A program made the translations under genes and the position numbers. From an uncultured Collinsella sp. (GTDB lineage Bacteria > Actinomycetota > Coriobacteriia > Coriobacteriales > Coriobacteriaceae), in NCBI GenBank assembly GCA_900544725.1, contig UQWK01000001.1, positions 15,066 to 79,065 on the forward strand: a stretch of DNA of 64,000 nt, written 5' to 3'. Below, one piece after another: positions 25,879 through 35,261 of this stretch (position 1 is the first letter of the stretch; each line of letters starts with the position of its first letter). The notes under the pieces were generated by a model, which searched no databases, was not told where the DNA came from, and saw nothing but the letters and a program-made list of their open reading frames with translations.

Positions 25879-27589
25879 AAAAGCGAAGACGGTCAATGTC
25901 CTTGAGGGGCCGATAACCGAGTCGTGCGCCGAGTTTCCCGCGCGCCACGTGTTTATCAAGTGCCCGGAGTGCCGCCGTGTGATCGATGAGGCACGCCTAC
26001 ACGACAACCTCGAGGTCTGCCCTCGTTGCGGCAAACACTTTCGCGTGAGCGGTCGCGCGCGCATGCGCATGACGGTCGACGAGGGCACGTTTGAGGAATG
26101 GGATGCCAATCTGGCGTCGGAGGATTTCCTCTCGTTTCCCGGCTATGCCGACAAGCTCAAGAGCGTGAGCGAGCGTTCGGGCGAGCGCGACGCCGTTGTG
26201 TGCGGCAGGGGCAAAATCTGCGGTTGCGATACCGCGTTCTTCTTTATGGACGCCAACTTTATGATGGGCTCGATGGGTTCCGTGGTGGGCGAGAAGATCT
26301 GTCGCACATTTGAGCGTGCGACCGAGCTGGGATTGCCAGTTGTCGGCTTTACCGTTTCGGGCGGTGCGCGCATGCAAGAGGGCGTGACATCGCTTATGCA
26401 GATGGCCAAGATTTCTGCGGCGGTTAGGCGCCACAGCGAGGCGGGTGGCCTGTATATCACGGTGCTCACCGACCCCACGACCGGAGGCGTAACCGCGAGC
26501 TTCGCCATGGAGGGCGACATTATCCTGGCCGAGCCCGATGCCCTGACGGCATTTGCCGGCCCGCGCGTGATCGAGCAGAACATGCACAAGCGCCTGCCCA
26601 AGGGATTCCAGCGCTCCGAGTTTTTGCTGGAGCACGGCTTTTGCGATGCCGTTGTTCCGCGCGGCGAGATTGCGCTCACGGTAGGCGAGCTGCTGGCGCT
26701 GCACGAAGGGCACGCGCCCGGCTTGGGGGCACCGCATGAGATCGTGCATACGGGTCGCCGCGGCAAAAAGCTGGGGCACTTGTTCAAGCGCGCGGCGGCG
26801 CCAAAAACCGCGCTCGAGATTGTCAAGCAGACCCGCTCGGCAGATCGCGCCACGGCGGGCGAGGTGATCTCGCTGGGCCTGGATGGATTTGTGGAGCTGC
26901 ACGGCGACCGTTACTTTGGCGACGACGCCGCTGTGGTGGCTGGCATTGGCTGGAAGGACGGGCGCCCCGTAACGGTCATCGCCATCGAGCGCGGCACCAC
27001 GACCAAAGAGCGTATGCGCCGCAACTTTGGCATGGCGCATCCCGAGGGCTACCGTAAAGCGCGTCGCCTGATGCGCCAAGCCGAAAAGTTTGGTCGGCCG
27101 GTTCTGTGCCTGGTCGATACTTCGGGCGCGTTTTGCGGCATCGGTGCCGAGGAGCGCGGCCAGGGCGAGGCGATTGCCCAGAATCTCATGGAGATGAGCG
27201 GCCTTAAGACGCCGATTGTCTCGGTGGTAACAGGCGAGGGCGGCTCTGGTGGCGCGCTGGCGCTGTCCGTGGCCGACCGCATCCTGATGCTCTCGAGCTC
27301 GGCCTATTCGGTCGTGAGCCCCGAGGCCTGTGCGTCGATTCTGTGGAAGGATACCGAGCGCGCGAATGAGGCCGCCGAGGCGCTTAAGCTCACGGCTCCC
27401 GATCTGTTGGCGCTCGGTATCATCGACGGCATTGTTGACGATAGGGGTCTGTCGCATGAGGAGATCGCCGGCGCCGTCATGTCCTCGGCATTTGATGCCT
27501 TCGATACGCTTGGGCGGCTCGACGACGCGACCCTCACAAACCTCCGCTACGAAAAGTACCGCGCAATCGGTCAGTATCGCACGATGTGA
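25865..27589 (+). CDS. accD: Acetyl-CoA carboxylase carboxyltransferase, fused beta (AccD) and alpha (AccA) subunits
   Basis: N-terminal AccD zinc ribbon CPECRRV...CPRCGKHF, followed by an AccA-like domain in a single 574-aa ORF. Confidence 0.85.
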   Translation: MLMNRKAKTVNVLEGPITESCAEFPARHVFIKCPECRRVIDEARLHDNLEVCPRCGKHFRVSGRARMRMTVDEGTFEEWDANLASEDFLSFPGYADKLKSVSERSGERDAVVCGRGKICGCDTAFFFMDANFMMGSMGSVVGEKICRTFERATELGLPVVGFTVSGGARMQEGVTSLMQMAKISAAVRRHSEAGGLYITVLTDPTTGGVTASFAMEGDIILAEPDALTAFAGPRVIEQNMHKRLPKGFQRSEFLLEHGFCDAVVPRGEIALTVGELLALHEGHAPGLGAPHEIVHTGRRGKKLGHLFKRAAAPKTALEIVKQTRSADRATAGEVISLGLDGFVELHGDRYFGDDAAVVAGIGWKDGRPVTVIAIERGTTTKERMRRNFGMAHPEGYRKARRLMRQAEKFGRPVLCLVDTSGAFCGIGAEERGQGEAIAQNLMEMSGLKTPIVSVVTGEGGSGGALALSVADRILMLSSSAYSVVSPEACASILWKDTERANEAAEALKLTAPDLLALGIIDGIVDDRGLSHEEIAGAVMSSAFDAFDTLGRLDDATLTNLRYEKYRAIGQYRTM

Positions 27590-27605
27590 CAAAGGGACAG
27601 TCCGC

Positions 27606-28844
27606 ATGTCACATTGGGAAAGGGTTCCTGTGTCACAAGTTTCTAACACCTCGTTTACAACGACGGTCTCATCAAACGCCATGGCTGTGGTGGATTATCT
27701 GTCCAAAAGCATGATGTCGGCGCTGCCGTTTATTGTCTGCGCGGCGTTGTTCCGCACCGTCGCCGTCATTATGGGCGAAGGCATGCTGGGCCTGTGGTCT
27801 GCCGATTCCGATATCTATCGCCTGTTCTACAGTTGGCTCTATAACGCCGGCTACTACTTCTTGCCCGTTTATCTTGGTTGGGCGGCCGCTCGCCAGCTCG
27901 GTTGCTCGGAGCAGCTGGGCATGATGCTGGGCGGCGTATTGATTGCGCCCGATCTGCTTAAGCTCGTCGATGCCGCATCGACGACGGGGGCATCGATGAC
28001 TTCCGTGTATGGCCTGCTTCCCGCGCCGGTCAACGATTACACGACGACTGTTATTCCGGTTCTCATCTCGGTACCCGTGCTTTGGCAAGTGGAGTGTTTC
28101 TTTCAGCGCGTTATCCCTAAGGCCGTGGCGTTTTCGTTTGTTCCGTTTGCGACCATGCTTGTCATGGTTCCGGTTTCGCTGTGTATTACGGCGCCGGCGG
28201 GCAGCTATTTGGGCATGCTGTTGGGCCAGCTTATGTTTATGCTTGGCAATTCCGGTGGCATCGTATCGTTGCTCACACTCATGGGGCTTGCCGCGGGCTG
28301 GGAGTTCCTTAAGATCGCGGGCGTCAGCAACGTTGTCCTATCGCTCGCCTATGCGCAGTTTATGAGTGTGGGAACGGATTCGTGCATCCTGATCGCCGCG
28401 ACGATGGCAACGTTTGCCGTTTGGGGCATGCCCTTTGGCGCGTCGCTCCGCGTTGCGGATAAGGACGAGAAGACGCTCATGCTGGGCTATTCGATCTCGG
28501 GTGTTCTTGGCGGCGTAAGCGAGCCTGCGCTGTACGGTTGCGGCTTTAAATATGGCAGGTGCCTGACGTGCATGGCCATTGGCGGCGCCGTCGGAGGCCT
28601 TGTTGCGGCCGTGGGCCACGTTACGGCCTATACCATCGGCATGACGAATGTCCTCATGGTCATTGGCTTTGCCACGGGCGGCATCCCGAACCTGCTGTGG
28701 TGCTGCGCTGCCGGCGGCACGGCATTTGCGGTGTCTGCGGCGCTGAGCTACTGCTTTGGCGTGGTGCCGGCGAAGGGACAGGCGACGGGGGACGGAGGCG
28801 ATTCGCCCGAAACAGTGGCGAGCGCTGCTGAAGTAAGCGCATAA
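27606..28844 (+). CDS. PTS EIIC-domain-like membrane permease (no EIIB/EIIA domains)
   Basis: Polytopic membrane protein with GVSEPALYG (GITEP-like) motif; start choice 27606 vs 27681 uncertain. Confidence 0.5.
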   Translation: MSHWERVPVSQVSNTSFTTTVSSNAMAVVDYLSKSMMSALPFIVCAALFRTVAVIMGEGMLGLWSADSDIYRLFYSWLYNAGYYFLPVYLGWAAARQLGCSEQLGMMLGGVLIAPDLLKLVDAASTTGASMTSVYGLLPAPVNDYTTTVIPVLISVPVLWQVECFFQRVIPKAVAFSFVPFATMLVMVPVSLCITAPAGSYLGMLLGQLMFMLGNSGGIVSLLTLMGLAAGWEFLKIAGVSNVVLSLAYAQFMSVGTDSCILIAATMATFAVWGMPFGASLRVADKDEKTLMLGYSISGVLGGVSEPALYGCGFKYGRCLTCMAIGGAVGGLVAAVGHVTAYTIGMTNVLMVIGFATGGIPNLLWCCAAGGTAFAVSAALSYCFGVVPAKGQATGDGGDSPETVASAAEVSA

Positions 28845-28993
28845 ACCTGTGCGACAAAAGGACGATCCCTTTGTCGTGTTCCAAGGCCGTGGCTCGTGTG
28901 GGCTGCGGCCTTTTGTATCTTGAGGACAAAGTGGCTACACTACAATCCGTTTGAGCAATAGATATATAGGTAGTACCGTGGGGGCGGATGTAG

Positions 28994-30148
28994 ATGGTCG
29001 AGTGGATTGTTGGGCGCGCACAGGGCGATCGTGCGCGTGTGGGCACGTTAGCGGGCATGGTGTGTATTGTCGCCAATGTTGCGCTTTGTGCTGCGAAGGG
29101 TGCCATTGGTGTGGTTTCGGGATCGGTTTCGATTGTTGCGGATGCCATGAACAACCTGTCCGATGCCAGCTCGAATATCGTGAGCGTGCTGGGCTTTAAG
29201 CTGGCGAGCAAGCCGGCCGACCCCGAGCATCCTTACGGCCACGGTCGCTACGAGTATCTCTCGGGTCTGGTCGTGGCGGCACTCGTGCTGCTGATTGGCG
29301 TTGAGCTGGTGAAGTCCTCGGTCGAGCGCGTCATCCACCCCGAACCTGTCGAGTTCTCGCTTGCCCTGGTGGCAGTTCTAGTGCTTTCGATGGTCGTAAA
29401 GCTCTGGATGGCGGCCCTCAACCAAAAGCTCGGCGACCGTATCGAGTCCGAGACACTGCATGCGACGGCTCAGGATTCCAAGAACGATGTCCTTGCCACG
29501 GGTGCCGTGCTGGCGTGCGCAGTTGTTTCGCAGGTGACGGGCATCAATCTTGACGCTTGGGTCGGCCTTGCCGTTGGTGCCTATATTGGCTGGAGCGGTT
29601 TTGAACTCATCCAGGATACGGTGAGCCCGCTTTTGGGCCAGACGCCCGATCCTAAGCTGGTCAAGCACATTCGAGACAAGATCATGAGCTATCCCGGCGT
29701 TTTGGGCGTTCACGATTTGATGGTTCACGACTACGGCCCGGGCAGGAAGTTCGCAAGCGCTCACGCCGAGATGGCGGCCGAAGCCAGCCCGATGGAAAGT
29801 CACGACACGCTCGACAATATTGAGCAGGCGTTTAGGAACGAAGACGGCATGATCGTCACGCTCCATTACGATCCCATCGTGACCGACGATCCCAAGGTGG
29901 CGAGCATGCGTTTACGCATTAACGCCATGGCCCAACAGATTGATAGCCGCCTCTCGATTCATGACCTGCGCTGCGTGCCGGGTCCTACGCACACCAACGT
30001 GATCTTTGACTGCGTACGTCCCTCGGATCTGCAGATGAGCGCCGAAGACGTAAAACACGCGCTGGCACAACGGGTCGAATCGGAATATCCCAAGTCGATT
30101 GCCAAGATTACGATCGACGAGGACTACGTAGGGCATACCCACGAGTAG
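28994..30148 (+). CDS. Cation diffusion facilitator family transporter
   Basis: CDF signature ...SVSIVADAMNNLSDA..., HPYGHGRYE motif, C-terminal cytoplasmic domain. Confidence 0.85.
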   Translation: MVEWIVGRAQGDRARVGTLAGMVCIVANVALCAAKGAIGVVSGSVSIVADAMNNLSDASSNIVSVLGFKLASKPADPEHPYGHGRYEYLSGLVVAALVLLIGVELVKSSVERVIHPEPVEFSLALVAVLVLSMVVKLWMAALNQKLGDRIESETLHATAQDSKNDVLATGAVLACAVVSQVTGINLDAWVGLAVGAYIGWSGFELIQDTVSPLLGQTPDPKLVKHIRDKIMSYPGVLGVHDLMVHDYGPGRKFASAHAEMAAEASPMESHDTLDNIEQAFRNEDGMIVTLHYDPIVTDDPKVASMRLRINAMAQQIDSRLSIHDLRCVPGPTHTNVIFDCVRPSDLQMSAEDVKHALAQRVESEYPKSIAKITIDEDYVGHTHE

Positions 30149-30187
30149 GGCTGCGCCGGCAAAGCAAGTTATACAGAAGGGGAGAGC

Positions 30188-30814
30188 ATGAAGCGTCTAT
30201 ATCTACTCCGCCACGGCCAGACAGAATTCAACGTTAAAAAGCTCGTCCAGGGTCGCTGCGATTCACCGCTCACCGATTTGGGCCGTCAGCAAGCCGGGAT
30301 GGCAGCCGCATGGCTCAAAGCCCACAATGTCGTTCCTGACAAGGTGGTCTCTTCGCCTTTGGGTCGAGCCATGGACACAGCACAGCTCGTCGCAACCGAA
30401 CTCCTTGGCCCGGACGCAGCAGTCGAGTCCTGCGAAGGCATCATCGAGCGCTGCTACGGCACCTTCGAAGAAGGCCCCCACGACGCGCTGCCCACCGACG
30501 TCTGGGAACCCGGCGAGGATCTAGTCCCCTTTGGAGGAGAGGGAAGCCAAGCCCTGCAAAAACGCATGGTAGCCACCCTCACCAATCTCATAAGCGCCGA
30601 GAATGTCGAAACCCTCCTAGCAGTAAGCCACGGCAGCGCCAGCCGCCAATTCATCAAAGCCGCAGCCCCAGAGGGCTTCGAGCTCCCAACAAAACTCCCC
30701 AACTGCGCCATCATGATCTTCGATTTCGAAGAGGCAAAGCCACAAGCAGAAGGCGAGCCAATGCAATGCAAGTTCACCCTCCAGCAAATAGTGGACCCCC
30801 AACAAAGTCATTAG
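30188..30814 (+). CDS. Histidine phosphatase family protein (phosphoglycerate mutase-like)
   Basis: LLRHGQTEFN catalytic motif; 208 aa. Confidence 0.8.
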   Translation: MKRLYLLRHGQTEFNVKKLVQGRCDSPLTDLGRQQAGMAAAWLKAHNVVPDKVVSSPLGRAMDTAQLVATELLGPDAAVESCEGIIERCYGTFEEGPHDALPTDVWEPGEDLVPFGGEGSQALQKRMVATLTNLISAENVETLLAVSHGSASRQFIKAAAPEGFELPTKLPNCAIMIFDFEEAKPQAEGEPMQCKFTLQQIVDPQQSH

Positions 30815-30850
30815 CCTGAGCGAGCAAGGTTTAGCAGACATCAACGTGGC

Positions 30851-31013
30851 GTTCCCAGTGTGCGGCGGAGGGGGCGGGCCTGAGACATATTAAGGTTGCT
30901 GCTCTACAGTCCTGCTCACGACGGAGAGCACATTAAGTGCTCTCCTGTTCGTGCGGAACTCGCGACAACCTTAATATGTCTCAGGCCCGCCCCCTCCGCC
31001 GCACACTGGGAAC
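30851..31013. repeat. Palindromic repeat element copy R4 (inverted orientation; 48-bp perfect outer arms gttcccagtgtgcggcggagggggcgggcctgagacatattaaggttg)
   Basis: Core ggagagcacattaagtgctctcc plus ctgctctacagtcctg equals reverse complement of the R2 core. Confidence 0.85.
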
Positions 31014-31063
31014 GTGCCACGCACTTTACCTGCGTAAACAATGTGAGTGAAATATGAATCTCG

Positions 31064-31089
31064 ATGGATACGCCCGCAGCCGTGTATAC
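31064..31089 (+). promoter_or_regulatory. Motif atggatacgcccgcagccgtgtatac upstream of rplC (candidate promoter/operator)
   Basis: Matches 32929-32954 at 22 of 26 positions and shares GGAYACGCCCG with 13781-13802. Confidence 0.4.
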
Positions 31090-31282
31090 TAATCAGCTGT
31101 GTGTAACCAGGGGAGTATTCTGGCTGGACAAAATGCCTGCTTAATAGGGTTGTCAGGTAGTCCAGGCGAAATACAAGGCTGGGGAGCACGTCGTGTAAGT
31201 AGTGGTCCTCTAGGGGCGTACGCTCGGTGGTGTACGCATTGTCCCAAGACCACGCGAGAGTTGGGATCATATCTTGATCAGC

Positions 31283-31894
31283 ATGATTCTCGGCCGCAAG
31301 ATTGGCATGACCCAGGTTTGGGACGAGGACGACAACGTCGTTCCCGTCACGGTCATCCAGGCTGGCCCCTGCGCTGTCTCGCAGGTTAAAACTCAGGCAA
31401 CCGACGGCTATGACGCCGTCCAGATCGGTTTCGGCGACATCAAGGCCAAGAACGTGAACAAGCCCATGGCTGGTCACTTCGCCAAGGCTGGCGTCGAGCC
31501 TGTCCGCTTCCTTCGTGAGGTCCGCGTCGAGAACGGCGAGGAGCACAAGGTCGGCGAGGTCGTCACCGTCGCTGATTTCGCTGATGTCGAGAAGGTCGAC
31601 GTCATCGGTACCTCCAAGGGTAAGGGCTTCCAGGGTCGCATCAAGCGCTGGGGTCAGCGCCGCGGTCCTATGACGCATGGTTCTCACTTCCAGCGTCACC
31701 CCGGTTCTATCGGTCAGTGCGCCTATCCTGCGCGCGTCCTCAAGGGCGTCAAGATGGCCGGTCACATGGGTAACGAGCGCGTTACCGTCAAGAACCTTTC
31801 CGTTGTCCGCATCGATGCCGAGCAGAACCTCATCTTGGTCAAGGGCGCTGTCCCGGGTGCCAAGAATGGTCTCGTCGCCATCCGTATGGCCTAA
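31283..31894 (+). CDS. rplC: 50S ribosomal protein L3
   Basis: [11 protein letters not shown]... conserved; ORF opens at TTG 31274, ATG 31283 preferred. Confidence 0.93.
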   Translation: MILGRKIGMTQVWDEDDNVVPVTVIQAGPCAVSQVKTQATDGYDAVQIGFGDIKAKNVNKPMAGHFAKAGVEPVRFLREVRVENGEEHKVGEVVTVADFADVEKVDVIGTSKGKGFQGRIKRWGQRRGPMTHGSHFQRHPGSIGQCAYPARVLKGVKMAGHMGNERVTVKNLSVVRIDAEQNLILVKGAVPGAKNGLVAIRMA

Positions 31895-31940
31895 GGGCCC
31901 AGCCCATTTAGCCCAGCGTCATACCAAGGAGAACACTTAA

Positions 31941-32567
31941 ATGGCAAAGTTTGAAGTAAAGAACAGCGAGGGCAAGAAGGTCGCCGAGGCCGAGCTCGCC
32001 GCTGAGGTGTACGGCATCGAGCCGAACATCCACGTTATGCACCACATCGTCAAGTGCCAGATGGCCTCTTGGCGTCAGGGCACCCAGTCCGCTAAGGGCC
32101 GCTCTGAGGTTTCCGGTGGCGGCAAGAAGCCTTGGCGTCAGAAGGGCACCGGCCGTGCCCGCCAGGGTTCCATCCGTGCTGCCCAGTGGCGTCACGGTGG
32201 CGTTGTCTTCGCCCCCAAGCCCCGTTCTTACGCTAAGCGTATGAACAACAAGGAGGTCAAGCTGGCTATGCGCTCCGCGCTGTCTGCCAAGCTGGCCGAC
32301 GGCGAGCTCGTGCTCGTCGACGACTACGGCTTCGAGAAGCCTTCCACCAAGGCTGCCGTCGCCATGCTCAAGGCTCTCGGCCTTGAGGGCAAGCGTCTGA
32401 CCATCATCGTTCGCGATGAGGACGTCAACGCCTACCTGTCGTTCCGCAACATTCCCAAGACGTTCATCATCACTGCCGACGAGGCCAACACCTACGATCT
32501 CGTCAACAACAACGCTGTGCTGATGCCCGCCGACATCGCCGCTCACTTCGGGGAGGTGCTTGCATAA
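31941..32567 (+). CDS. rplD: 50S ribosomal protein L4
   Basis: 208 aa; conserved L4; operon position. Confidence 0.93.
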   Translation: MAKFEVKNSEGKKVAEAELAAEVYGIEPNIHVMHHIVKCQMASWRQGTQSAKGRSEVSGGGKKPWRQKGTGRARQGSIRAAQWRHGGVVFAPKPRSYAKRMNNKEVKLAMRSALSAKLADGELVLVDDYGFEKPSTKAAVAMLKALGLEGKRLTIIVRDEDVNAYLSFRNIPKTFIITADEANTYDLVNNNAVLMPADIAAHFGEVLA

Positions 32568-32855
32568 ATGACCGCCCACGAGATCATCATCCGTCCGATC
32601 GTGTCCGAGCGTTCCTTCTCCGGCATGGAGCTGAACAAGTACACGTTCGAGGTCGCCAAGGATGCTAACAAGTATCAGATCAAGGACGCTGTCGAGGAGA
32701 TCTTCGGCGTCAAGGTCGTTCGCGTGAACACCCTGACGGTCAAGCCCAAGACCAAGCGCGTGCGCTATGTCGCCGGCAAGACCCGTTCTTGGAAGAAGGC
32801 CATCGTCACGCTGGCCGAGGGCGACACCATCGAGGTCTTTGGCAACCAGGCCTAA
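32568..32855 (+). CDS. rplW: 50S ribosomal protein L23
   Basis: 95 aa; start codon directly abuts rplD stop. Confidence 0.93.
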   Translation: MTAHEIIIRPIVSERSFSGMELNKYTFEVAKDANKYQIKDAVEEIFGVKVVRVNTLTVKPKTKRVRYVAGKTRSWKKAIVTLAEGDTIEVFGNQA

Positions 32856-32881
32856 GACTCGCTGCTGTTGAGTGAGCTCAT

Positions 32882-32954
32882 GCCTCCCAAATAGGGGAGG
32901 CGAGAGCTCAAGGTTTTGGGCGTATAAAATGGACACGCCCGGAACCGTGTATAC
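32882..32954 (+). promoter_or_regulatory. Hairpin gcctccc-aaata-gggaggc, then motif atggacacgcccggaaccgtgtatac, in an unusual 179-bp rplW-rplB gap
   Basis: Second copy of the 26-nt motif found upstream of rplC. Confidence 0.4.
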
Positions 32955-33034
32955 GTCCGGTGTCATCGCACCCGAGGCAGAACCTCGAATCCCTGTCTGC
33001 GATGGCTAACGGATTCCTATTGAAAGGGATTGTA

Positions 33035-33865
33035 ATGGCTGTAAAGCACCTTAAGCCGACCTCCGCTGGTAGGCGTTGGCAGACGATCTCCGATTTCTCC
33101 GAGATCACCTGCACCAAGCCCGAGAAGTCTCTTCTCGAGCCCCTGCCCAAGAAGGCCGGTCGTAACAACAACGGCCGCATCACCACCCGCCACCAGGGCG
33201 GCGGCGTGAAGCGTCGTTACCGCGTGATCGACTTCAAGCGCAACAAGGACGGCGTGCCCGCCAAGGTTGCCACGATCGAGTACGATCCGAACCGTTCCGC
33301 TCGCATCGCTCTGCTGCACTACGCTGACGGTGAGAAGCGCTACATCCTGGCCCCCAAGGGCCTCGAGGTCGGTCAGACCATCATGTCCGGTTCTGACGCC
33401 GACATCAAGCCGGGCAACGCTCTGCCCCTCGCCGACATCCCCGTCGGTACGCTCATCCACGCCGTCGAGTTCCAGCCGGGCAAGGGCGCCGCAATCGCCC
33501 GTTCCGCCGGTAACTCCTGCCAGCTGATGGGTAAGGAGGGCAAGTACGCTATCGTCCGTATGCCTTCCTCCGAGATGCGCCGCATCCTCGTTACCTGCCG
33601 CGCCACCGTCGGTGAGGTCGGCAACGCCGATCACGCCAACATCGTCATCGGCAAGGCCGGCCGTAAGCGTCACATGAACGTGCGCCCGACCGTCCGCGGT
33701 ACCGTCATGAACCCTGTCGACCACCCGCACGGCGGTGGCGAGGGCAAGAACCACACCTCTGGTCGTCCCTCCGTTACCCCCTGGGGTAAGCCGACGAAGG
33801 GCCTTCGTACGCGCAAGAAGAAGAAGGTCTCGAACCAGCACATCATTCGTCGCCGTAAGAAGTAA
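33035..33865 (+). CDS. rplB: 50S ribosomal protein L2
   Basis: [14 protein letters not shown]... conserved; long ORF trimmed to internal ATG. Confidence 0.93.
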   Translation: MAVKHLKPTSAGRRWQTISDFSEITCTKPEKSLLEPLPKKAGRNNNGRITTRHQGGGVKRRYRVIDFKRNKDGVPAKVATIEYDPNRSARIALLHYADGEKRYILAPKGLEVGQTIMSGSDADIKPGNALPLADIPVGTLIHAVEFQPGKGAAIARSAGNSCQLMGKEGKYAIVRMPSSEMRRILVTCRATVGEVGNADHANIVIGKAGRKRHMNVRPTVRGTVMNPVDHPHGGGEGKNHTSGRPSVTPWGKPTKGLRTRKKKKVSNQHIIRRRKK

Positions 33866-33897
33866 TTTCGGATACCGAGTTTTAGGAGAAAGCACTT

Positions 33898-34158
33898 ATG
33901 AGCAGAAGTCTCAAAAAGGGCCCGTTCGTGGAGACTCGCCTTCTCTCGCGTATCACCGCGATGAACGAGGCTGGCAAGAAGGACGTCGTGAAGACTTGGT
34001 CTCGCGCGTCTACCATCTTCCCCGAGATGGTTGGTCACACCATCGCCGTCCACGACGGCCGCAAGCATGTGCCCGTGTATGTTACCGAGTCCATGGTTGG
34101 TCACAAGCTCGGCGAGTTCGCGCCGACTCGTACGTTCCGTGGCCACAAGGCCAAATAG
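33898..34158 (+). CDS. rpsS: 30S ribosomal protein S19
   Basis: [11 protein letters not shown]... conserved. Confidence 0.93.
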   Translation: MSRSLKKGPFVETRLLSRITAMNEAGKKDVVKTWSRASTIFPEMVGHTIAVHDGRKHVPVYVTESMVGHKLGEFAPTRTFRGHKAK

Positions 34159-34172
34159 GGGGTTAACCGTAA

Positions 34173-34544
34173 ATGGCAACTAAGTCTATTGAAACTGAGG
34201 CCACCGAGGTTCGCGCCGTCGCTAAGTACGTGCGTGTTTCCCCCAGCAAGGCCCGCCTGGTGGTCGATCTGATCCGCCGCAAGCCTGTCGCTCAGGCCTT
34301 CGACATCCTCCACTTCTGCGACCGCGCCGTCGCCGTGGATGTCGAGAAGGTTCTCCGTTCCGCTGTTGCGAACGCCGAGAACAACAACGGTCTGCGTGCC
34401 GACAACCTGGTTGTCGCCGCTGCCTACGTTGACGAGGGTCCGACGCTTAAGCGCATCCGTCCCCGCGCCAAGGGTTCCGCTTCTCGTATTCTGAAGCGCA
34501 CTTCCCACATCACCGTCGTCGTTGCTCCTCGAAAGGAGGCGTAA
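34173..34544 (+). CDS. rplV: 50S ribosomal protein L22
   Basis: 123 aa; conserved L22. Confidence 0.9.
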   Translation: MATKSIETEATEVRAVAKYVRVSPSKARLVVDLIRRKPVAQAFDILHFCDRAVAVDVEKVLRSAVANAENNNGLRADNLVVAAAYVDEGPTLKRIRPRAKGSASRILKRTSHITVVVAPRKEA

Positions 34545-34550
34545 AGCTGT

Positions 34551-35261
34551 ATGGGTCAGAAAGTCTACCCCACCGGCTTCCGTCTTGGCATCACCGAGAA
34601 CTGGCGCTCCCGCTGGTTCGCAGAGAAGGATTACGCTAAGACCCTCGGTAACGATCTCGAGATCCGCAAGTACCTCGAGAAGCGTCTTTCCCGCGCAGCT
34701 GTCTCCCGCGTCGAGATCGAGCGCGCTGGCGACAAGGTGAAGGTCATCATCCTCACCGCTCGCCCCGGCGTTGTCATCGGTAAGAAGGGTGCCGAGATCG
34801 ATACCCTCCGCACCGAGCTCGAGAAGGTCGCTGGCGTCTCCAAGGGCCAGCTCTCCGTCGACGTTGTCGAGATCAAGCGCCCCGAGCTCGACGCCAACCT
34901 CGTTGCTCAGTCCATTGCTGAGCAGCTCGAGGGCCGCGTTGCCTTCCGTCGCGCTATGCGCAAGGCTGTCCAGTCCGCCCGCAAGGCCGGCGCTAAGGGC
35001 ATCCGTATCCAGTGCTCCGGTCGTCTCGGCGGTGCCGAGATGGGCCGTCGTGAGTGGTACCGCGAGGGTCGCGTGCCTCTGCACACCCTCCGTGCCAAGA
35101 TCGACTACGGCACGGCTGTCGCCAGCACCACCATGGGCGCTTGCGGCGTGAAGGTCTGGATCTACCTGGGCGAGAAGCTCCCGGGCCAGCCTGTTCCCAA
35201 CCCTGCACTCGAGGGCTCTTCCCGTCCTCGTCGTCGTAACTCCGAGAGGAGGGGTCAGTAG
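34551..35261 (+). CDS. rpsC: 30S ribosomal protein S3
   Basis: KH domain; 236 aa. Confidence 0.93.
   Translation: MGQKVYPTGFRLGITENWRSRWFAEKDYAKTLGNDLEIRKYLEKRLSRAAVSRVEIERAGDKVKVIILTARPGVVIGKKGAEIDTLRTELEKVAGVSKGQLSVDVVEIKRPELDANLVAQSIAEQLEGRVAFRRAMRKAVQSARKAGAKGIRIQCSGRLGGAEMGRREWYREGRVPLHTLRAKIDYGTAVASTTMGACGVKVWIYLGEKLPGQPVPNPALEGSSRPRRRNSERRGQ

Noticed and set aside
30851-31013. Integron attC site or IS terminal inverted repeats as an explanation for the palindromic elements
   Set aside because: No integrase or transposase gene in the window. The arms are completely different between copies, unlike IS ends. No recognisable attC R/L core sites. Left open as a mobile-element hypothesis only.
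32975-33010. tRNA-like T-loop (cctcgaatcc) upstream of rplB
   Set aside because: No acceptor or anticodon stem can be built around it. It lies in the rplB 5-prime UTR.
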